Below, piece by piece: positions 33,513 to 43,131 of a stretch of DNA of 64,000 nt (its first letter is position 1; the number at the start of each line of letters is the position of its first letter). The translations under genes and the position numbers were made by a program. The notes below the pieces were generated by a model that saw nothing but the letters and a program-made list of their open reading frames with translations, had not been told where the DNA came from and did no database searches. Source of the DNA: an uncultured delta proteobacterium (GTDB lineage: Bacteria > Myxococcota_A > Polyangia > Palsa-1104); contig CAWAWS010000002.1 of assembly GCA_963785725.1 (NCBI GenBank), forward strand, positions 224,001-288,000, given 5' to 3'.

Positions 33513-34019
33513 ATGGTCATCCATGTCGCGCTCGGCGACATCACTCAGTTGACCGTGGACGCCATCGTTAACCCGGCGAACTCGTTGGGTATCATGGAAA
33601 ATGGCGTGGCGCGGACGATCAAGGTCGAGGGCGGCGACGAAATCGAGGTCGAGGCCAGATCGACTGCGCCCATTGCCGTCGGCGCGGCGATCGTCACCGG
33701 CGCCGGCGCGCTCTGGTGCAAGGCCGTCATCCACGCGCCAACCATGGAAACGCCCGGAATGCGGGTCGGCGTCGAGAACGTGCGGCGTGCCGCGCGCGCG
33801 GCGCTGCTGGCGGCCGGGCGCAACAGCTACGAAACCGTGGCTTTCCCGGGCATGGGCACCGGCACGGGTCAGGTGCCGTACGACGAGGCCGCGCGCGCCA
33901 TGGTCGATGAATTGCGCGCGCACAAGATGCCGCAGCCGTCGACGATCTGGCTCATCGCGACCAATCACGACATGATCTACGCCTTCGAAGATGCGCTTCG
34001 CCTTGCGTCTTTGCCTTAG
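33513..34019 (+). CDS. Macro domain (ADP-ribose-binding) protein
   Basis: GDIT...DAIVNPAN, VIHAPTM, AFPGMGTG. Confidence 0.9.
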   Translation: MVIHVALGDITQLTVDAIVNPANSLGIMENGVARTIKVEGGDEIEVEARSTAPIAVGAAIVTGAGALWCKAVIHAPTMETPGMRVGVENVRRAARAALLAAGRNSYETVAFPGMGTGTGQVPYDEAARAMVDELRAHKMPQPSTIWLIATNHDMIYAFEDALRLASLP

Positions 34020-34041
34020 TCGGCGTTAGCTTTCGCCGCGC

Positions 34042-35061
34042 ATGCCTGACGACGCTGAAGCGCAACCCAAGAAGCCGCTCACCTATCGCGACGCGGGCGT
34101 GGACATCGACGCCGGCGACGAGCTCGTCGAGCGCATCAAGCCGCACGTCAAACGCACGATGCGGCCCGAAGTCATCGGCGGATTGGGCGGCTTCGGCGGC
34201 CTGTTCGCGATGCCGAGCGGCTACAAAGAGCCGGTCCTCGTCAGCGGCACCGACGGCGTGGGCACCAAGCTCAAGGTCGCCTTCGCCACCGGCCGCCACG
34301 ACACGATCGGCATCGATCTCGTCGCCATGTGCGTCAACGACATCGCCGTCTCCGGTGCCGAGCCGCTCTTCTTCCTCGACTATTTCGCGTCCGGCAAGCT
34401 CGAGGTCGCGGTCGGCGAGGCGGTCGTCAAAGGCATCGCCGACGGCTGCGCCCAGGCCGGCTGCGCGCTCATCGGCGGCGAGACGGCCGAGCTGCCCGGC
34501 ATGTACAGCGACGGCGAATACGATCTGGCCGGCTTCGCGGTGGGCGTCGTCGAGAAGTCGCTCATCTTGGACGGCGCGCGCATCGCGCCCGGCGACGTCG
34601 TCATCGGCGTGGCCTCGAGCGGGCTGCATTCGAACGGCTATTCGTTGGCGCGTCGGGTGTTGACGATCGAGGACGACGCCGAGCGATTGCTTACGCCGAC
34701 GCGCATTTACGTGCGGGCGATGAAGGCGGCGCGCGCGGCGGGCGACGTCAAAGGCTTCGCGCACATCACGGGCGGCGGGCTCGTCGAGAATCCGCCGCGC
34801 GTCTTGGCCGACGGGCTCGTCATGCGGCTCGACGAGCGCAAGTGGCCGGAGCTGCCGGTGTTCGCGAAGATTGCGGCAGCCGGTGTCGCGCGGCCGGAGA
34901 TGCGACGCACGTTCAACTGCGGGCTCGGGCTCGTCGCCGTCGTCGCGGCGGGTGATGCCGAGGCCGTGCGCGCGGCCTTCGACGCCGCCGGCGAGCGCGC
35001 GTTCATCGTCGGTGACATCGTCGCCGGCGAAGGCGCAGCGCGCGTCGAGTTCAGCACGTGA
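34042..35061 (+). CDS. purM: Phosphoribosylformylglycinamidine cyclo-ligase
   Basis: [50 protein letters not shown]. Confidence 0.97.
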   Translation: MPDDAEAQPKKPLTYRDAGVDIDAGDELVERIKPHVKRTMRPEVIGGLGGFGGLFAMPSGYKEPVLVSGTDGVGTKLKVAFATGRHDTIGIDLVAMCVNDIAVSGAEPLFFLDYFASGKLEVAVGEAVVKGIADGCAQAGCALIGGETAELPGMYSDGEYDLAGFAVGVVEKSLILDGARIAPGDVVIGVASSGLHSNGYSLARRVLTIEDDAERLLTPTRIYVRAMKAARAAGDVKGFAHITGGGLVENPPRVLADGLVMRLDERKWPELPVFAKIAAAGVARPEMRRTFNCGLGLVAVVAAGDAEAVRAAFDAAGERAFIVGDIVAGEGAARVEFST

Positions 35062-35663
35062 GAGTCGGCGTCCTCGCCAGCGGCTCGGGGACGAATCTAC
35101 AGGCCATCCTCGACGCCGATCGGGCCGGCCAGCTCGGTCCGGCGCAGGTCGTCGTCGTCATCGCCAATGTTTCCGACGCGGGCGCCCTCGAACGCGCCCG
35201 CGCCGCCGGCGTTCCCGCCGAGCTCGTCGAGCACAACGCCTACACGTCGCGCGCGACCTTCGACGCCGCGCTGCTGGCGACGCTGGCGCGCTACGAGGTC
35301 GAGTTGGTGGCGCTGGCCGGCTTCATGCGCATCCTGACGCCGGCGTTCTTGCGCGGCTTTCCCGAGCGCGTCGTCAACATTCACCCGTCGCTGCTGCCGG
35401 CCTTTCCCGGCGTGCACGCGCAAAAGCAGGCGCTCGAATACGGCGCGCGCGTCTCCGGCTGCACGGTGCATTTCGTCGACGAGGGGCTCGATTCGGGGCC
35501 GATCATTTCGCAGTCGGCGGTCACGATCGCCGACGATGACGACCTGCCGCAGCTGACCGCGCGCATCTTGGCCGAGGAGCATCGACTCTACCCCGCCGCC
35601 ATCCGCGCCATCGCCGAAGGCCGCGTGCGGATCGCCGGCCGTCGCGTCATCATCAAGTCGTGA
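35058..35663 (+). CDS. purN: Phosphoribosylglycinamide formyltransferase
   Basis: [44 protein letters not shown]. Confidence 0.97.
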   Translation: MRVGVLASGSGTNLQAILDADRAGQLGPAQVVVVIANVSDAGALERARAAGVPAELVEHNAYTSRATFDAALLATLARYEVELVALAGFMRILTPAFLRGFPERVVNIHPSLLPAFPGVHAQKQALEYGARVSGCTVHFVDEGLDSGPIISQSAVTIADDDDLPQLTARILAEEHRLYPAAIRAIAEGRVRIAGRRVIIKS

Positions 35664-36184
35664 CCGACTTACAGCGTCGTTATCAGCTGCTGCATGGCGC
35701 GGATACCGAAGCCGCGCGCGCCGAGCTGGAGCGCCTGCGCACCGCGGGCAAGCCCGTCGTCATCGTCTCCGCCTGCCTGCTCGGCGTGCGCTGCCGCTTC
35801 GACGGGCAGGACAAAGCCGACGCCGCCGCCGTCGCCCGCGTCGCACAAGGCGCCGAGCTCTTGCCCTTGTGCCCCGAAGTCTTGGCGCGACTGGGCGTTC
35901 CGCGGCCGGCAATCACGCTCTCGGCCGACGGCAAGCAGGCCACCGACGCCCGCGGCCGCGACGTCACGGCCGAGCTGGAAGCGGGCGCGCGGCTGGCCAA
36001 TCGCTTCGCCGAGACCGCCGGCGCATCGCGCGCGCTGCTCAAGGAACGCAGCCCCTCGTGCGGCGTCCACAGCGTGCACGACGGCGAGGGCGGCTTGCGC
36101 GCCGGCGAAGGTCGCTTCACGGCGCGCCTGCGCAAGCGCGGCCTGCCCGTCGTCAGCGAGTCCTCCCAGCCTTCGACTACTTGA
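35660..36184 (+). CDS. DUF523 / 2-thiouracil desulfidase-like Fe-S protein
   Basis: VSACLLG..CRFDG, CPEV, LK.RSPSCG, GEG.F. Confidence 0.88.
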   Translation: MTDLQRRYQLLHGADTEAARAELERLRTAGKPVVIVSACLLGVRCRFDGQDKADAAAVARVAQGAELLPLCPEVLARLGVPRPAITLSADGKQATDARGRDVTAELEAGARLANRFAETAGASRALLKERSPSCGVHSVHDGEGGLRAGEGRFTARLRKRGLPVVSESSQPSTT

Positions 36185-36629
36185 AGCTGCCGGAGCCGTC
36201 GAAGAGGAATGTGCCCGTGACGCTGCCGGACGCGACGCGCATGGGAATCGAGACGAAGCGCAGGCGGTAGGGATCGATGCCGTCGACGGCGAGCTGACCG
36301 CCGCCGCCGGACCAACCGCCGGAAAAGCCGCTCGTCGGCCGCACGGTGAAGCTGACGGCGGCGCTCGGCGCGGTGAGCGGCAGCATGTCGCCGCCGGCGA
36401 GCGGACCTTGGATGTCGATCGTCAGGATGCCGGCCGGCGCCGAAGCCGAGAAGTGGACGACGCCGACGGAGTCGACCACGGCGACGCCGTTGCCGGCCGT
36501 GAGCTGCGCGAAGCTGGGCGCCATCGACATGGCTTGGCTGACGGTGAGCATGACCTCGCCGCCGTCGCTCGAGCAGCCGCCGGCCGCGCCCAAGAGCGTG
36601 ATCGCGGCCGCCACGCGCAGCGTTCGCAT
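36177..36629 (-). CDS. Hypothetical lipoprotein
   Basis: MRTLRVAAAITLLGAAGGC lipobox; beta-rich. Confidence 0.65.
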   Translation of the reverse strand: MRTLRVAAAITLLGAAGGCSSDGGEVMLTVSQAMSMAPSFAQLTAGNGVAVVDSVGVVHFSASAPAGILTIDIQGPLAGGDMLPLTAPSAAVSFTVRPTSGFSGGWSGGGGQLAVDGIDPYRLRFVSIPMRVASGSVTGTFLFDGSGSFK

Positions 36630-36669
36630 TGCCCGATTGTAGCCCAATCGCGTGTGCTAGGCTCGACGC

Positions 36670-38139
36670 GTGTCGACCAGCTTCTACGACGTCGTGGTCC
36701 TCGGCAGTGACCTCGGCGCGACGGTCGGCGGCGCGGTGTTGGCCCATCGCGGATTTCGCGTGCTGGTCGCGGGCGTGCCGGTCGAAGAGCGTTACGCCAT
36801 CGGGCCTTACACGTTGCCGCGCGCGCCGCTCGCCTTCGTCGGGACCGAAGCGCCGACGCTCAAGCGCATCGTCGGCGAGCTGAACCTGGTGCAGCTGCTG
36901 CGCCGGCGGCTCGAGCCCAATCGCCCCGCCTATCAGCTGCTCTTGCCTGACCATCGCATCGACCTCGGTGACGATTTGGGCCGCGAGCTCGCGCGCGAGC
37001 TGCCCGATGCGGTGGCGCCGTTCGAGACGGCGTCGGCGCGCGCGGCGGAGATTTCGGCGGCGCTCGAGTCGATCCTGGCGCAAGAGCTGATTCTGCCGCC
37101 CGACGGATTTTGGGATCGTCGCGACGCCAATCGCGTGGCCGCGCGGCTGCCCGAAGAGGGCGAAGACACGCAAGCCCCGCTGCCCGACGGTCATCCGCTG
37201 CGCGCGGCGTTGACGTTGCCGGCTATTTTCGGCGCGGCCTGCGATGACGTCGGCGCCGTCGGCACGGCGCGGCTCGGCGATCTGCATCGGCGCGGCACGT
37301 TTCGGCTCGACGGCGGCAAAGAGGGCCTGCGCGGCCTCTTGCTCGAGCGGCTCAAGACGCATTCGGGCGAAGTGCGACCCGAGCTGCAGCCGCGCGCCAT
37401 CCTGTCCAAGCGCGGCAAAGTCACCGGCGTCGCCTTCGAAGGGCGCAGCGAGGTCGTCGGCTGCACGCACGTGCTGTGCGGCATGGGCGCCGATCGCGTG
37501 GCCCAGCTGGTCGCTGCCGACGGCGAGAAGCCGCCCAAGCGGCTGCAGGAAGCGGCGGCGCTGACGCCGGCCGCGTGGCGCTACCTGCTGCACCTCGTGG
37601 CGCCGCTCGACGCGCTGCCCGACGCGCTCGGCCGCCTCGCCTACGCCGTCGCCGACTTGAAGCAGCCTTTTTCGGGCGCCAACGCGCTCATGCTCCATCT
37701 CGCCGACGGCTACGGGCAGCACGCGGTCCTGTCGGTCGAAGCGCTGGCGCCCGATCCGTCGCCCGGTGCTCTCGTCGCGCTGCGGCAGCAAATCCGTACG
37801 CATTTGACGCGTTTACTGCCCTTCGTCGATCGTCATTTGCTGCTCGTCCATTCGCCGCACGATGGGGTCGCGCCCGAAGGCATCGACGGCGAGCGCGCGT
37901 CCGCGCCGCCGACGCTGGTGCCGATGGACCCGATGTGGCATCTGCCGCAGCCGCGTCCGCTCGGCTTCTGCGGCCTGCCGCACGCGACGGGCGTGAAGCA
38001 TTTGCTGCTGGCGTCGCGACAGGTGCTGCCCAACCTCGGCGTCGAAGGCGAGCTGGCCGCGGGCTGGGCCGCCGCGCGCCTCGTCCTACAGACCGAGCGT
38101 AAGCGCGACCTCGTCAAGGGCGCCGTCCTCGAAGGCTGA
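36670..38139 (+). CDS. Phytoene-dehydrogenase-like flavoprotein-fold protein
   Basis: YDVVVLGSDLG..VGGA.LA.RG.RVLV Rossmann start (degenerate); C-terminal P.LGVEG...AG..AA. Confidence 0.7.
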   Translation: MSTSFYDVVVLGSDLGATVGGAVLAHRGFRVLVAGVPVEERYAIGPYTLPRAPLAFVGTEAPTLKRIVGELNLVQLLRRRLEPNRPAYQLLLPDHRIDLGDDLGRELARELPDAVAPFETASARAAEISAALESILAQELILPPDGFWDRRDANRVAARLPEEGEDTQAPLPDGHPLRAALTLPAIFGAACDDVGAVGTARLGDLHRRGTFRLDGGKEGLRGLLLERLKTHSGEVRPELQPRAILSKRGKVTGVAFEGRSEVVGCTHVLCGMGADRVAQLVAADGEKPPKRLQEAAALTPAAWRYLLHLVAPLDALPDALGRLAYAVADLKQPFSGANALMLHLADGYGQHAVLSVEALAPDPSPGALVALRQQIRTHLTRLLPFVDRHLLLVHSPHDGVAPEGIDGERASAPPTLVPMDPMWHLPQPRPLGFCGLPHATGVKHLLLASRQVLPNLGVEGELAAGWAAARLVLQTERKRDLVKGAVLEG

Positions 38140-38213
38140 TCGCGGGCGGGCTGGCGAACGCTGATTTACGTCAGTTTTTTGCGATCGCGCCACGTTCGGG
38201 CGAAGCTTGCGAC

Positions 38214-38576
38214 ATGCACGATAGACGGCAGTCGCGCGTGGAGCGTCGGGAGAGTCGGCGTTCGCCCTTCGTCGCGGCGGTGCGGCATGAAGTCGGCGCC
38301 GACGTGGAGTTGGCGCTGGCGCAGAACCTCGGGCCGACGGGCATGGAGCTGAAGCGACCGCCGGGACGGACCTACTCGCCGTCGACGCCGGTGTCGTTGG
38401 CGTTCGAGCTGCCCGACGGCGGCGACCTCGTCAGCGTGCAGGGCGCGGTCGTCTTCGAGCGCTCCGAGAGCCACGGCCCGGGCGCGGCGCGCGAGCACCG
38501 CCGCTGCGGCGTGCGCTTCGACTCGCTGTCGCCGCTCGATCACGCGCGAATCCTGCGCGCGCTGCGCCAGCTCTGA
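38214..38576 (+). CDS. PilZ domain protein
   Basis: ERRESRR (RxxxR), NLGPTG (D/NxSxxG variant), GVRF..L. Confidence 0.8.
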   Translation: MHDRRQSRVERRESRRSPFVAAVRHEVGADVELALAQNLGPTGMELKRPPGRTYSPSTPVSLAFELPDGGDLVSVQGAVVFERSESHGPGAAREHRRCGVRFDSLSPLDHARILRALRQL

Positions 38577-38626
38577 GATCCGATCCGACATTCGCTACAG
38601 AATCTGCTGCGGAAGGCGAAGGCGAA

Positions 38627-39010
38627 TCAGCGGCCGCTGAGCGCCTTTTGGACCTTGGCCATCAGGTCGTCGATCTGGAATGGCTTGGTGACGTAGAAGC
38701 GCGCGCCGACGTTGATGCCGTCGATCATGCTGCGCGGATCGGTCTTGGCGGTGAGGAAGATGACCGGGATCTTCTGCGTCTGCAGATGACCTTTGATCGC
38801 CTTGACGAAGCCCATGCCGTCGAGATTCGGCATCATGACGTCGCAGATGATGAGGTCGGGCTTCATCGACTCGAGCTTCATGAGGCCGTCGAGGCCGTCG
38901 CCGGCGACGGTCACGGTGAAGCCGTGCGCCGTCAGCTGCTTCTTCAGCAGCGTCTGCACCGCCGGCTCGTCTTCGAGGACGAGGATCGCTTTGCCGTCGC
39001 CGATGGCCAT
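38627..39010 (-). CDS. Single-domain response regulator
   Basis: ILVLEDE, PDLIICDVMMP..DG, IFLTA, KPF. Confidence 0.95.
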   Translation of the reverse strand: MAIGDGKAILVLEDEPAVQTLLKKQLTAHGFTVTVAGDGLDGLMKLESMKPDLIICDVMMPNLDGMGFVKAIKGHLQTQKIPVIFLTAKTDPRSMIDGINVGARFYVTKPFQIDDLMAKVQKALSGR

Positions 39011-39012
39011 CG

Positions 39013-39192
39013 CTATTCGGCCAACGGACGCGCTTCGTCCACGAGAAAATTGGGGATGTCGTCGACGACGGCGTAGACCAGCTTGCACGAGTCGCAGACG
39101 AGGCCGTGTCCGGTCTTCGTATCGCGCTCCGTCACCTTGCCCTTACACTTCGGGCAGCGGACGATCTCCAGCAGGTCCGGATGGATCGACAT
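39013..39192 (-). CDS. Trm112/YcaR family protein
   Basis: LLEIVRCPKCKG...LVCDSCKLVY.V.DDIP..L.DEA. Confidence 0.9.
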   Translation of the reverse strand: MSIHPDLLEIVRCPKCKGKVTERDTKTGHGLVCDSCKLVYAVVDDIPNFLVDEARPLAE

Positions 39193-39358
39193 GCCGTCGG
39201 TGTTAGCACATGCGGGCGCTCGTGAAAAGCGCAACGGGCCAGATTCGCGGTGCGCTCGGCTTTGCCCTGGAAAATTCCGCCGACGGTGGGACATTCCGTC
39301 GCAGGCGCTGCGCCCAAAGCGCCGTGACGGCGGTCGCCGCGCCGACCGATGCCGCGCC

Positions 39359-40831
39359 TCAGCGCTTGCCCTTCTTCACGGCCGCGAAGGGCGCCGACGC
39401 GCCGTCGCGCCACTGCTTCAGCTCGGCCTGCGGCGCGCCGTTCTCGTCGCCGACGACCATGAGATGCGTAAACGCGTGGCTGATGTCGTCGGACGCCCAC
39501 GTGCCGGTGTTGAAGTACGTCGCGCCGCTCGACAGCGGCACCCGCTCGGGCGCGTGCGAATGGCCGAACACGATGAACGGCGCGCACACGAGGCCCTGAA
39601 TCAGGTTCGTCGTCGCGCGCAGCTTCACCGCCGACGACTCGAGGCGCATGTTGTTCAGGATCTCGTTGACGCCGGCGAAGGCCATGACCGCGCCCAGCGC
39701 GCCCAGCGCCTTCCACGCGCCCGGCAACAGCGCCAACATGATCGTCGCGGCGATGACGGCGACGATGCCGAGCAGCATGCGGTCGATGAACAGCGCGGCC
39801 AACAGCTTCCAGAAGCGGCGCGTCACCGGCTCACGCCGCAGCGAGTCGAGCGCGAGCAGCTTCTCTTCCGACATCTTCCAGTGCGCCGACAGCTGCTTCA
39901 AGCGCGCGTGATGCAGCTGCCGCCGCTCTTCGTCGACGCCGCGCAGCGAATACCACAGCTCGACGAGACGCCAGACCATGAGGCCGTAGATGTAGACGAC
40001 ATGCACGAGGCCGCGCAGGCCTTTGGCCCAACCCCAGCGCGCGTAGTCGGACAAGCCCCAATGCTCGGCGGTGTGCGGGTCGTAGCCGTCGACCTGATTG
40101 GCGAAATAACGCATACCGGCGTGTGCAACCGAGAGTGCGATACCGGATTTACGATTGAGCGGCTTGCCTGCGTCGCGACTGCCTCGGGCGCGGCGACGGT
40201 CTTCGGTCACCGGATGCAGCAGATAATCGAACGAGCAATACTCGTCGTATTGATGCCCGTGCTCGATATAAATCAGGTTTTCCTTGTAATAGAACCAAGG
40301 GCAGAACTCGATTCGGCGGGAAAACTCGGCGCGCGCTTCGTCCGACGCACCCATGCCCAGCGTCAAGCCGGCCAGCCATTCGACCAGCGTCTTCTGCACT
40401 GACGTGTAATGAAACTCGGCGTCGTGATTTCCGACCACGATGACCAAATCATTGCCGGCGGCGACGAACTGGCCGAGCTTCTCGAACACGCCCGGATGAC
40501 GCGCGATGACGCGCTCCATCTTCTTTTGCGACTGGCGCTCGCCGAAGCCGAGGCCGTAGAGGCGATCCTCTTCGTCGCCCTCTTCGACCACCGCGGCCAG
40601 CTCGGGCAGGATCATGACCGACATGAAGTCGACCATGTCGCCGTTGACGACGAGCCGCCACGGCCGCCCGTCGCGCTGATGCGACGAATAATGGACGAGG
40701 AACGCCTCCAGCTCGCGTTCGAGCTTCACCAGGTGGCGTAAGTAGGACACGTTTGCCCCACCGGGCCGCAAATCTTCGCCCAGGTGCAGATCGGAGATGA
40801 CCAGAATATTTTTATCCAAAGTCTTTCCCAT
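39359..40831 (-). CDS. Calcineurin-like metallophosphoesterase with TM hairpin
   Basis: ISDLHLG, NGDMVD, GNHD, EHGH, FGHSH, NTGTW. Confidence 0.88.
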   Translation of the reverse strand: MGKTLDKNILVISDLHLGEDLRPGGANVSYLRHLVKLERELEAFLVHYSSHQRDGRPWRLVVNGDMVDFMSVMILPELAAVVEEGDEEDRLYGLGFGERQSQKKMERVIARHPGVFEKLGQFVAAGNDLVIVVGNHDAEFHYTSVQKTLVEWLAGLTLGMGASDEARAEFSRRIEFCPWFYYKENLIYIEHGHQYDEYCSFDYLLHPVTEDRRRARGSRDAGKPLNRKSGIALSVAHAGMRYFANQVDGYDPHTAEHWGLSDYARWGWAKGLRGLVHVVYIYGLMVWRLVELWYSLRGVDEERRQLHHARLKQLSAHWKMSEEKLLALDSLRREPVTRRFWKLLAALFIDRMLLGIVAVIAATIMLALLPGAWKALGALGAVMAFAGVNEILNNMRLESSAVKLRATTNLIQGLVCAPFIVFGHSHAPERVPLSSGATYFNTGTWASDDISHAFTHLMVVGDENGAPQAELKQWRDGASAPFAAVKKGKR

Positions 40832-41025
40832 CTACGGACTTCGAGTCCTCTACATGGATCAATCGCCACTCACGGCGTCCACGTTAGCGGCCGTCTGCAT
40901 GCAGCCTGTGCAAATCGTTCGCCATGATTCTTGTAAGCAGCCGCGCATCGAGCGCTCGCGGGCGAAATACGAGCTGTGGCGTAGCTAACGCGCTGCGCCG
41001 CACTTGTGGTATAGGCATGATCACA

Positions 41026-43101
41026 ATGAGACAATTGATTTTCGCCCTCGTTCTGGTGGCGGGAATGGGCGGGCTCGGCTTCACGATTCTTCGGCTCGTG
41101 AAGTTCATGTTGGTCGGCAAGCCGTGGATTCCGACCGATCGAATTCCCGAGCGGCTGGGGTCGGTAGTCATCTACTGGCTGTTCCAGCGCAAGGTCATGC
41201 AGAAGCCGATGGACAAGCCGAAACCGGGCTTCACGTCGCTGCATCACCTCGGCATCTTCTGGGGCTTCCTCGTCGTCACCGCGGGCACGACGGAGCTGTG
41301 GGTCAACGGCCTGACCGGCCTGTCGTTCGCGATGCTGCCGGACTTCATCTTCAAGCCGCTCGAATGGGCCATCGACGTCTTCAACCTCGTCGTGCTCATC
41401 GCCATCGGCTACGGCTTCTTCCGCCGCCTCGTCGTCAAGCCGCGGCTGATTCCGATGTCGCTCGACGCCGGCATCATCCTGTCGGCGATCGCCAGCCTCA
41501 TGATTACGCACTTCTTCTTCCACGGCTTCCACATGGTCGCCGCGGGCACCGTCGGCGAGGAGGGCCCGGTCTCGTCGGTCGTCGCCGGCTGGTTCGCGTC
41601 GACGCCGCCGGAGACGGCCGCGCTCGTGTCGGACGGCTTTTGGTGGGCGCACATCGTGCTCGGCCTGGCCTTCTTGAACTACGTGCCGTACTCGAAGCAC
41701 ATTCACATTCTCGGCGCCTTGCCGAACATCTTCTTCCGCAACCTCGGTCAGCGCGGCGTCATGCCGAAGCTCAACCTCGAGGACGAGACGGATTGGGGCG
41801 TCGGCAAGATCGAGCAGTTCACGCAGAAGTCGTTGATGGATCAGTACGCCTGCACCGAGTGCGCGCGCTGCTCCAACTTCTGTCCGGCGTTCAACACCGA
41901 GAAGCCGCTGTCGCCGATGCACCTGATTCACGATTTGCGCGACGAGATGCTGACGCGCGGCAACATCGTGTCGCAGATTCACGCGCTCGACGGCGCCATT
42001 CAGCAGCACGCCAATCCGTCGGAGATGGGCTATCCGCAGCAGCGCGAGGCGTTGAAGCTGCAGCTGGACGAGCTGCCGCCGCTCGTCGGCGGTCGCATCA
42101 AGGACGAGACGTTGTGGTCGTGCACGACCTGCGGCGCCTGCCAGGAAGTGTGCCCGGTCTTCATCGACCATCCGCTCAAGATTCTGCAGATGCGCACGCA
42201 CCTCGTGCTCACCGAGTCGCGCATGCCGGCCGAGCTGGCGCGCACCTTCTCGAACCTGGAGAAGAACTCGAATCCGTGGGGTATCGCGGCCGAAAAGCGC
42301 ATGGAATGGAGCGAGGGACTGGACGTTCCGACGGTCGAGACGAACCCCAATCCCGAGTATCTGCTCTTCGTCGGCTGCGCGGGCGCGTTCGATGATCGCA
42401 TCAAGAAGACGATGCGCGCGCTCGTCGAGGTCTTGCACGCGGCCAAGGTGAACTTCGCGGTGCTCGGCAAGTCCGAGCAGTGCGTCGGTGATCCGGCGCG
42501 GCGCGCGGGCAACGAGTACCTCTTTCAGACGCAGGCGGAAGCGAACGTCACGGCCATCAACGACGCCAAGATTCGCAAGGTCATCGCGTCGTGCCCGCAC
42601 TGCTTCCACACGATCAAGAACGAGTATCCGCAGCTCGGCGGCAAGTACGAGGTCATCCACCACTCGCAGCTACTCGCGCATCTCTTGGCCGAGAAGAAGC
42701 TGACCATCGAGAGTCAGGTGGCGGGCAAGATGACCTATCACGACAGCTGTTATCTCGGTCGCTGGAACGGCGAGTACGACGCGCCGCGCGCCATCGCCAC
42801 GCAGACGTCGAAGGAGTACGTCGAGATGACGCGCAGCAAGGAGCATGGCTTCTGCTGCGGCGGCGGCGGCGGACGCATGTGGATGGAAGAGAAGATCGGC
42901 ACGCGCGTGAACAACAACCGCGCCGACGAGATCATCGCCACCGGCGCCGAAGTGGCGGCCGTCGCCTGCCCGTTCTGCACCATCATGATCACCGACGGTA
43001 TGAAGGCGCGGAACATGGAAGAGAAGGTCCAGATCCTCGATGTCGCCGAGGTCATCGCGAAGTCGCTCAAGCGGAAGGCCGCCCCCGCTCCATCGACGTA
43101 A
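41026..43101 (+). CDS. Membrane Fe-S oxidoreductase (FadF / heterodisulfide reductase-related)
   Basis: TM cytochrome-b-like N-terminus (SKHIH), CTECARC...CP, CTTCGACQEVCP, CCG-type domains (CPHC, YHDSCYLGR, CCGGGGG, ACPFC). Confidence 0.92.
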   Translation: MRQLIFALVLVAGMGGLGFTILRLVKFMLVGKPWIPTDRIPERLGSVVIYWLFQRKVMQKPMDKPKPGFTSLHHLGIFWGFLVVTAGTTELWVNGLTGLSFAMLPDFIFKPLEWAIDVFNLVVLIAIGYGFFRRLVVKPRLIPMSLDAGIILSAIASLMITHFFFHGFHMVAAGTVGEEGPVSSVVAGWFASTPPETAALVSDGFWWAHIVLGLAFLNYVPYSKHIHILGALPNIFFRNLGQRGVMPKLNLEDETDWGVGKIEQFTQKSLMDQYACTECARCSNFCPAFNTEKPLSPMHLIHDLRDEMLTRGNIVSQIHALDGAIQQHANPSEMGYPQQREALKLQLDELPPLVGGRIKDETLWSCTTCGACQEVCPVFIDHPLKILQMRTHLVLTESRMPAELARTFSNLEKNSNPWGIAAEKRMEWSEGLDVPTVETNPNPEYLLFVGCAGAFDDRIKKTMRALVEVLHAAKVNFAVLGKSEQCVGDPARRAGNEYLFQTQAEANVTAINDAKIRKVIASCPHCFHTIKNEYPQLGGKYEVIHHSQLLAHLLAEKKLTIESQVAGKMTYHDSCYLGRWNGEYDAPRAIATQTSKEYVEMTRSKEHGFCCGGGGGRMWMEEKIGTRVNNNRADEIIATGAEVAAVACPFCTIMITDGMKARNMEEKVQILDVAEVIAKSLKRKAAPAPST

Positions 43102-43131
43102 TCGGCGTAATTTGTTACAATAGCGGCGCTC

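Noticed and set aside
33513..40831. Anti-phage defence system built from the macro domain and metallophosphoesterase
   Set aside because: The genes are dispersed among housekeeping loci with ordinary composition, and no sirtuin, ADP-ribosyltransferase, NTPase or nuclease partner is present.
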